Below, piece after piece: positions 59,790-64,000 of a stretch of DNA of 64,000 bases (position 1 is the first letter of the stretch; every line of letters starts with the position of its first letter). The position numbers and the translations under genes were made by a program. Source of the DNA: a virus; the IMG/VR virus record IMGVR_UViG_3300006046_000002, positions 1 to 64,000 of that record. One strand, given 5' to 3'. Below the pieces are notes generated by a model. The model made no database searches and was not told the origin of the DNA. It was given only the letters and a program-made list of their open reading frames with translations.

Positions 59790-62015
59790 ATGGCCTCACT
59801 TATTGACCGACTGTTTGGTCGGACAGACGAGCAGCAACTTCCGGCAGTCGTCGAGCCGAAGCGATTGCTTCCGGTTGAAGAAGTCAAGACGCTGAATAGC
59901 ACGGAAGTGAAATCGTCACTGGGTCTACTTCCGCAGGGTGTGTACGGACCGAACTATCAGTTCTTCAGTCCTGATGGCGGACGCACGATGATCGACTTCG
60001 ACACACCGACCGCGATGGCGTTCATCGCGTATTGGTATGTCGCCTCACGCTGGCGTGCGCAGAAGATTGCCGAAGCACCGCTCATGGTGATTGCCGAAGA
60101 CCAAGAGACGGGGAATGACGACTGGATTCCGGATCATGAGCTCGTGCCGATTCTCGATACACCCTCGCCTGACTATGACATGGGCGAGTTGCTCGAATGT
60201 ACGAGCTACTATCTCGACAATACGGGCGGATGTCTCTGGGTCAAGGACTACGACAACGTCGGTCGTGTCGCGCGACTCACGCCGTACAGTCGGTTGCAAT
60301 TCGAACCGAAGCGATCCGATGTCCGCTTGTATGAATCGTTCGAGATTCAAACGAAGGACGGACCGGACACGATTCTTGCTGAGGATGCAGTCTTCTTCCG
60401 CGATGCGCACAGCGGTGGAACATGGGGACGGGGACGCTCTCGTCTCGATGTCGCCATGTCATGGCTGAAGCTCGGCGCGAAAGCACAGCAAACGATCTAC
60501 GATCTGCTGACGAATTCCATCTGGCCATCAGGCGTCGTCACGACGCATCCTGATTGGGACCCAAACCCGGATACGTACAAGGCCTTTCGTCAGGATGTTG
60601 AGAAGTATGCGAAAAGCGGAAACAAGGGACGTCCGTTCATCGCGCTTGGTGGTGGAGGATTCGAAGTATTGCAAGCATCGATCAAGGATCTCGTGCCGGA
60701 TGAAGTCCTCGGTCGGGTTGAGTCAGTCGTCGCCGCGGTGTCAGGTGTTCCGGCGATCGTGTTGCAATTCCAGATCGGCATGGAAAATTCGCCGTGGTCG
60801 CAGATGGGACAGGCCCGCGACATGGCGTACGACGATACGATTCAGCCCGCATGGAGCAAGATCGAACGGATCACGACACGACAGTTGCTGCGTCAGGTTG
60901 ATGATGATCCGACGCACTTCATGCGATTCGATCGGTCGAAGATCATCGCGTTGCAAGCGAATCAGGCCGAGCAGGTCGCCATCGCGGTGCAGATGGGACG
61001 CGCCGCATCAGTCAACGAACGTCGCGCGATCATGGGACTCGAGCCCGCGACACCGGAACAAGATCCGAACAAGAAAGCGGACGACATCCCAGAGTTGGCA
61101 CAGCCGTCCATGGCCGAACTCCTCGCGGGCGCGACACTCAAGCCCGGAACGGATAACACTGGTCAGGCGGGAGCGGATCCGAATGCTGACCCGAACGCTG
61201 ATCCTTCGAAAAATTCAACTGATAGCACGAAGAAAGTTGATCCGCGTCGTCTGCAGCGCAAGATTGCTATCGCCGGACTGCAAGATCAGTTTCGTCAGGA
61301 CGCGATTCCAGCCTACACCGTTGCCTCACAACATCAACTGAAGGTCGATGCGAATCGAATCACTGAGATTGTGATGCATTCGCTGCTTGATCCGGCTGAA
61401 GCGAAGAGTCTCGCAACGAAATCGCGCGGCAAGGATCAGGCGATGAAAGCAGTCAATCGCTATCTGGCTGATGATAGTCGCAAAGCATGGACGCGCATCA
61501 TGGAACCGCTGAACAAACAGTCTGCATTGCGGAGTGGTGCGGTTACGGCCGCCGATATGAATCTCAATTTCGGTCTGTTGCATGGTAATCTGTTGACGTA
61601 CGCGAAGAAGCAGACGGCAACGATGGTCACGGGAGTCAACAAGACCACCGCCTCATTGGTCTCCGACATTATTCAAGGAGGAATCGACGCCAACGCGAGT
61701 ACGCGAGAGATCGGACGGCTCATCTCCGAAGCAACCGGATTTGCGCGCAGTCGCGCAGATCTGATCGCCCGGACCGAAACGACGAAGGCATTCAATGGCG
61801 CACCGACGGAAGCACTGTCTGTCGTCGCGCAGTCGAGTGACCGAACCTTCACGAAGGAATGGTCGACGGTCGGCGATGATCGAGTGCGCGATGAGCATGT
61901 CGAGATGGAAGGCGAGATCGTTGGCATTGATGATGAATTCTCCAACGGTCTGCAATATCCATCGGAACCGAATTGTCGGTGTTCCCTGCTGTATGAAGAA
62001 ACCACGGAGGACTAA
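59790..62015 (+). CDS. Portal protein fused to a MuF / SPP1 gp7-like minor head domain
   Basis: The N-terminal ~450 aa is portal-like by size and position. The C-terminal RTETTKAFNGA...GDDRVRDEHVEMEGEIV...PSEPNCRCSLLY carries the Phage_Mu_F signature. Confidence 0.75.
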   Translation: MASLIDRLFGRTDEQQLPAVVEPKRLLPVEEVKTLNSTEVKSSLGLLPQGVYGPNYQFFSPDGGRTMIDFDTPTAMAFIAYWYVASRWRAQKIAEAPLMVIAEDQETGNDDWIPDHELVPILDTPSPDYDMGELLECTSYYLDNTGGCLWVKDYDNVGRVARLTPYSRLQFEPKRSDVRLYESFEIQTKDGPDTILAEDAVFFRDAHSGGTWGRGRSRLDVAMSWLKLGAKAQQTIYDLLTNSIWPSGVVTTHPDWDPNPDTYKAFRQDVEKYAKSGNKGRPFIALGGGGFEVLQASIKDLVPDEVLGRVESVVAAVSGVPAIVLQFQIGMENSPWSQMGQARDMAYDDTIQPAWSKIERITTRQLLRQVDDDPTHFMRFDRSKIIALQANQAEQVAIAVQMGRAASVNERRAIMGLEPATPEQDPNKKADDIPELAQPSMAELLAGATLKPGTDNTGQAGADPNADPNADPSKNSTDSTKKVDPRRLQRKIAIAGLQDQFRQDAIPAYTVASQHQLKVDANRITEIVMHSLLDPAEAKSLATKSRGKDQAMKAVNRYLADDSRKAWTRIMEPLNKQSALRSGAVTAADMNLNFGLLHGNLLTYAKKQTATMVTGVNKTTASLVSDIIQGGIDANASTREIGRLISEATGFARSRADLIARTETTKAFNGAPTEALSVVAQSSDRTFTKEWSTVGDDRVRDEHVEMEGEIVGIDDEFSNGLQYPSEPNCRCSLLYEETTED

Positions 62016-62020
62016 TTCAC

Positions 62021-63091
62021 ATGAAGAAGACACAACGCAATCGCACTCAGCCGGCGATCCGTGCGAAGTTTGACCGTCGCAGCGGAATCGTACGCCTGAA
62101 CGTTCCGTTGTCAGTCAAGGCTGATTCAATCAGCAAGGACGCACGGACATTCACTGGTCTCGCGGCGACATGGCAGGAAGATCTCGGACAGGACGTCATC
62201 CAGAAGGGCGCGTTCAAGCAGTCGATCAAAGATTGGAAGGCATCGTCGGAAGCATTGCCGTTGCTCAACTCACACGATCACTTCGACATTTTCTCGGCGC
62301 TTGGTCAGGCATTGTCCATGAAGGAGACGGATCAAGGCCTCGAGATCGATTGGGAAGTGATCAAGGGCGATGATGGTGATCGCGTGCTCGAGCGTCTGCG
62401 GCCGAGTGATCGCACGGGCCGTGCACTCATTGGCAAGATGTCGATCGGGTTCATTCCGACGAAGTTCAGCTATGAACAGCCAGCCGGAACGGAATCGTTC
62501 TTCGATCGCATTCGTCACATCACGGAAGCAGAGCTCAAGGAAGTTTCGCTCGTGTTGTTCCCGATGAATCCGGGTGCGTCAATCGACGCGACCTCGGTGA
62601 AGTCGTTCATGCAGTTGGCCCGCGATACCGATCCAACGAAGTTGGACAGTATCACGCGCATGGAATTGCGTCGCCTCAACACACGCATCGGTCTCCTGTT
62701 GAAGAAGCAGAAGCCGGAAGATGAGGCAGAACACGAGGAGTCGGAAGACACGCAGGAACAGCCGTCGACTCAGCCGCCGTCCACGCCGAAAGCGCGCACT
62801 GGCACTGCTGACTCAGACGACACGACTGATGACACCGATGAACTCGATGCGTTGGCCGAGGATCTCGTCGATGACGATGATCTGGGTGTTGACGGTGATG
62901 AGGGCGACGACGCTGACGACTCCGAGGATACGGAGCAGTCGGACGAGAAGTCCACGAGCACCGACACGACGAAGGAAAAGAAAGACGAACCGCAGCAGTA
63001 TCTCTACACAGAAGCGCTGAAGCAGCGACTGGCGAAGGTCACGTTGCAACGCAAAGTCGGCGAAGCGTTCGCTGTTCGAGATGATGACTGA
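62021..63091 (+). CDS. Prohead protease (HK97 / S78 family) with long acidic C-terminal extension
   Basis: GGAGGA lies upstream. LNSHDH (His) and GKMSIGF (Ser) contexts. The C-terminal ~130 aa is rich in D/E/T (DSDDTTDDTDELDALAEDLVDDDDLGVDGDEGDDADDSED). Confidence 0.8.
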   Translation: MKKTQRNRTQPAIRAKFDRRSGIVRLNVPLSVKADSISKDARTFTGLAATWQEDLGQDVIQKGAFKQSIKDWKASSEALPLLNSHDHFDIFSALGQALSMKETDQGLEIDWEVIKGDDGDRVLERLRPSDRTGRALIGKMSIGFIPTKFSYEQPAGTESFFDRIRHITEAELKEVSLVLFPMNPGASIDATSVKSFMQLARDTDPTKLDSITRMELRRLNTRIGLLLKKQKPEDEAEHEESEDTQEQPSTQPPSTPKARTGTADSDDTTDDTDELDALAEDLVDDDDLGVDGDEGDDADDSEDTEQSDEKSTSTDTTKEKKDEPQQYLYTEALKQRLAKVTLQRKVGEAFAVRDDD

Positions 63092-63124
63092 TCCCATCAA
63101 CACATTTCACTTGAGGACGTTCAC

Positions 63125-64000
63125 ATGCATTTCAAGACCTCCGGCAGCATCGTGCTGCGGAAGTGGCACGGGCGCCTGGAAGCGTTCATTCACAATTCGT
63201 CGGTTCCGGTGCTCGGTCCGTCGAGTGTGACATCGCTCGACGTTGCTGGTGCAGGATTCATGGCGCTGATGCCCGTCGTACTCATGGCCCTCGCGATCAT
63301 CATGATCGTGATGTTCCTGGCCGTGAGCGGGAATCATCACGCGTTCGGCTCGTTGTCGCTGCTCGGCTTCGCGGGTCCGGTCGCCAACAAGAGCGGTACC
63401 GAGGAGAAGAAGCCCGCCAACGTTCGGGTGATGGAGCAGGACCTGAAGAAACTCGCCCGTGAGCTGGAGCTGGCACAGGACGAGCTGGCTGAAGGTCCCG
63501 TCTCGCAGGAGCGCGGCGAAGAGATCGAAGAGAAGGCGCAGGAGATGGAGAAGCTTCAGGCACATCTCGATCGGTACAACAAGATCGCTGGTGTGAACAA
63601 GAGCGCGCGTCAGGTTGGAAAGGTTCGCCTTCCGGGTGAGGACGAGGATGGTCTGGATCGCAAGACGATCTACACCACGCCGGGTCATCTCTTCGTGATG
63701 TCGCGTGAGCTGAAGCACTATCAGGAGACGGGCAAGCAGGGTTGGTCCGGGAAGCTGGACATCGGTCGGCGCTTCGGGAAGAAGATCGCGCTGCACGGTG
63801 AAGCGGCGCGTGAATTCGAGAAGAAGGCATACGATCCGGCCACGCTGCCCGTGCTCGGAACGGATGCGGTGATTCCGATCGATCGCGATCCCGAGCTCGT
63901 TCGATATCAGGAGCCGGAGATCCTGACGATTCGCGATATGCTGAACAACACGCCGACGCAGTCCGACACGATCAAGTACGTGAAGCACATCGCGACGACG
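63125..64000 (+). CDS. Major capsid protein, N-terminal part (3' end cut by window end)
   Basis: Not in the ORF track because there is no stop before 64000. Hand translation from ATG 63125 (GAGGA 7 nt upstream) gives 292 codons: a hydrophobic stretch FMALMPVVLMALAIIMIVMFLAV, then a coiled coil MEQDLKKLARELELAQDELAEG..., then ...ILTIRDMLNNTPTQSDTIKYVKH, typical of HK97-family capsids. An alternative start is ATG 63431. Confidence 0.7.
   Translation, partial: MHFKTSGSIVLRKWHGRLEAFIHNSSVPVLGPSSVTSLDVAGAGFMALMPVVLMALAIIMIVMFLAVSGNHHAFGSLSLLGFAGPVANKSGTEEKKPANVRVMEQDLKKLARELELAQDELAEGPVSQERGEEIEEKAQEMEKLQAHLDRYNKIAGVNKSARQVGKVRLPGEDEDGLDRKTIYTTPGHLFVMSRELKHYQETGKQGWSGKLDIGRRFGKKIALHGEAAREFEKKAYDPATLPVLGTDAVIPIDRDPELVRYQEPEILTIRDMLNNTPTQSDTIKYVKHIATT

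Noticed and set aside
63107-63988. 293-aa - strand ORF at the right end of the window.
   Set aside because: It is antisense to the capsid N-terminal coding region, which has clear HK97-type sequence and a good SD. Its translation is Arg/Leu-rich with no motif.
1-64000. Integrated prophage or other mobile element with att sites.
   Set aside because: I recognised no integrase, recombinase, transposase, repressor/antirepressor pair or flanking bacterial genes. The gene order wraps as a closed phage genome.

Overview
The window reads as almost exactly one unit length of a tailed dsDNA phage genome. By eye I saw no integrase, repressor, tRNA, rRNA or CRISPR array. It starts inside the 3' part of an HK97-fold major capsid gene and ends inside the 5' part of one, so the sequence looks circularly permuted or wrapped. 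Layout: (i) 1-19.4 kb, + strand: capsid 3' end, head-tail connectors, an inserted glycosylation-type cassette (PIG-L-like deacetylase, methyltransferase-like protein, GT2+GT4 fusion), tail tube, G/GT frameshifted chaperone, 914-aa tape measure, very large tail and fibre proteins, lysis cassette. (ii) 19.4-30 kb, - strand: RuvC-like resolvase, ATP-dependent ligase, family A DNA polymerase, prim-pol/D5-type helicase, an AAA_24-like ATPase flanked by two proteins carrying giant poly-Asp/Glu tracts, Cas4-like nuclease, SNF2 helicase. (iii) 30-39 kb, - strand: about 20 small, mostly basic or zinc-ribbon proteins plus a soluble FtsK-like ATPase, punctuated by nine copies of a 19-nt motif resembling T7/T3-class promoters. 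(iv) 39.5-53.8 kb, - strand: sugar-nucleotide and glycosyltransferase genes including a full-length SQD1-like (UDP-sulfoquinovose synthase family) gene, a thymidylate-synthase-family enzyme with candidate DNA-hypermodification partners, secreted beta-helix and HNH proteins, and a papain-like protease. (v) 54.4-64 kb, + strand: small and large terminase, collagen-like fibre, portal-MuF fusion, prohead protease, capsid 5' part. The most interesting signals are the promoter-like array with no recognisable phage RNA polymerase gene, the SQD1/glycosyltransferase plus ThyA-family island (possible new DNA or virion modification chemistry), the poly-acidic/basic proteins in the recombination module, and several repeated structured non-coding elements, one with compensatory stem changes. 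All functional calls rest on motif recognition by eye. None has been verified by a database search.
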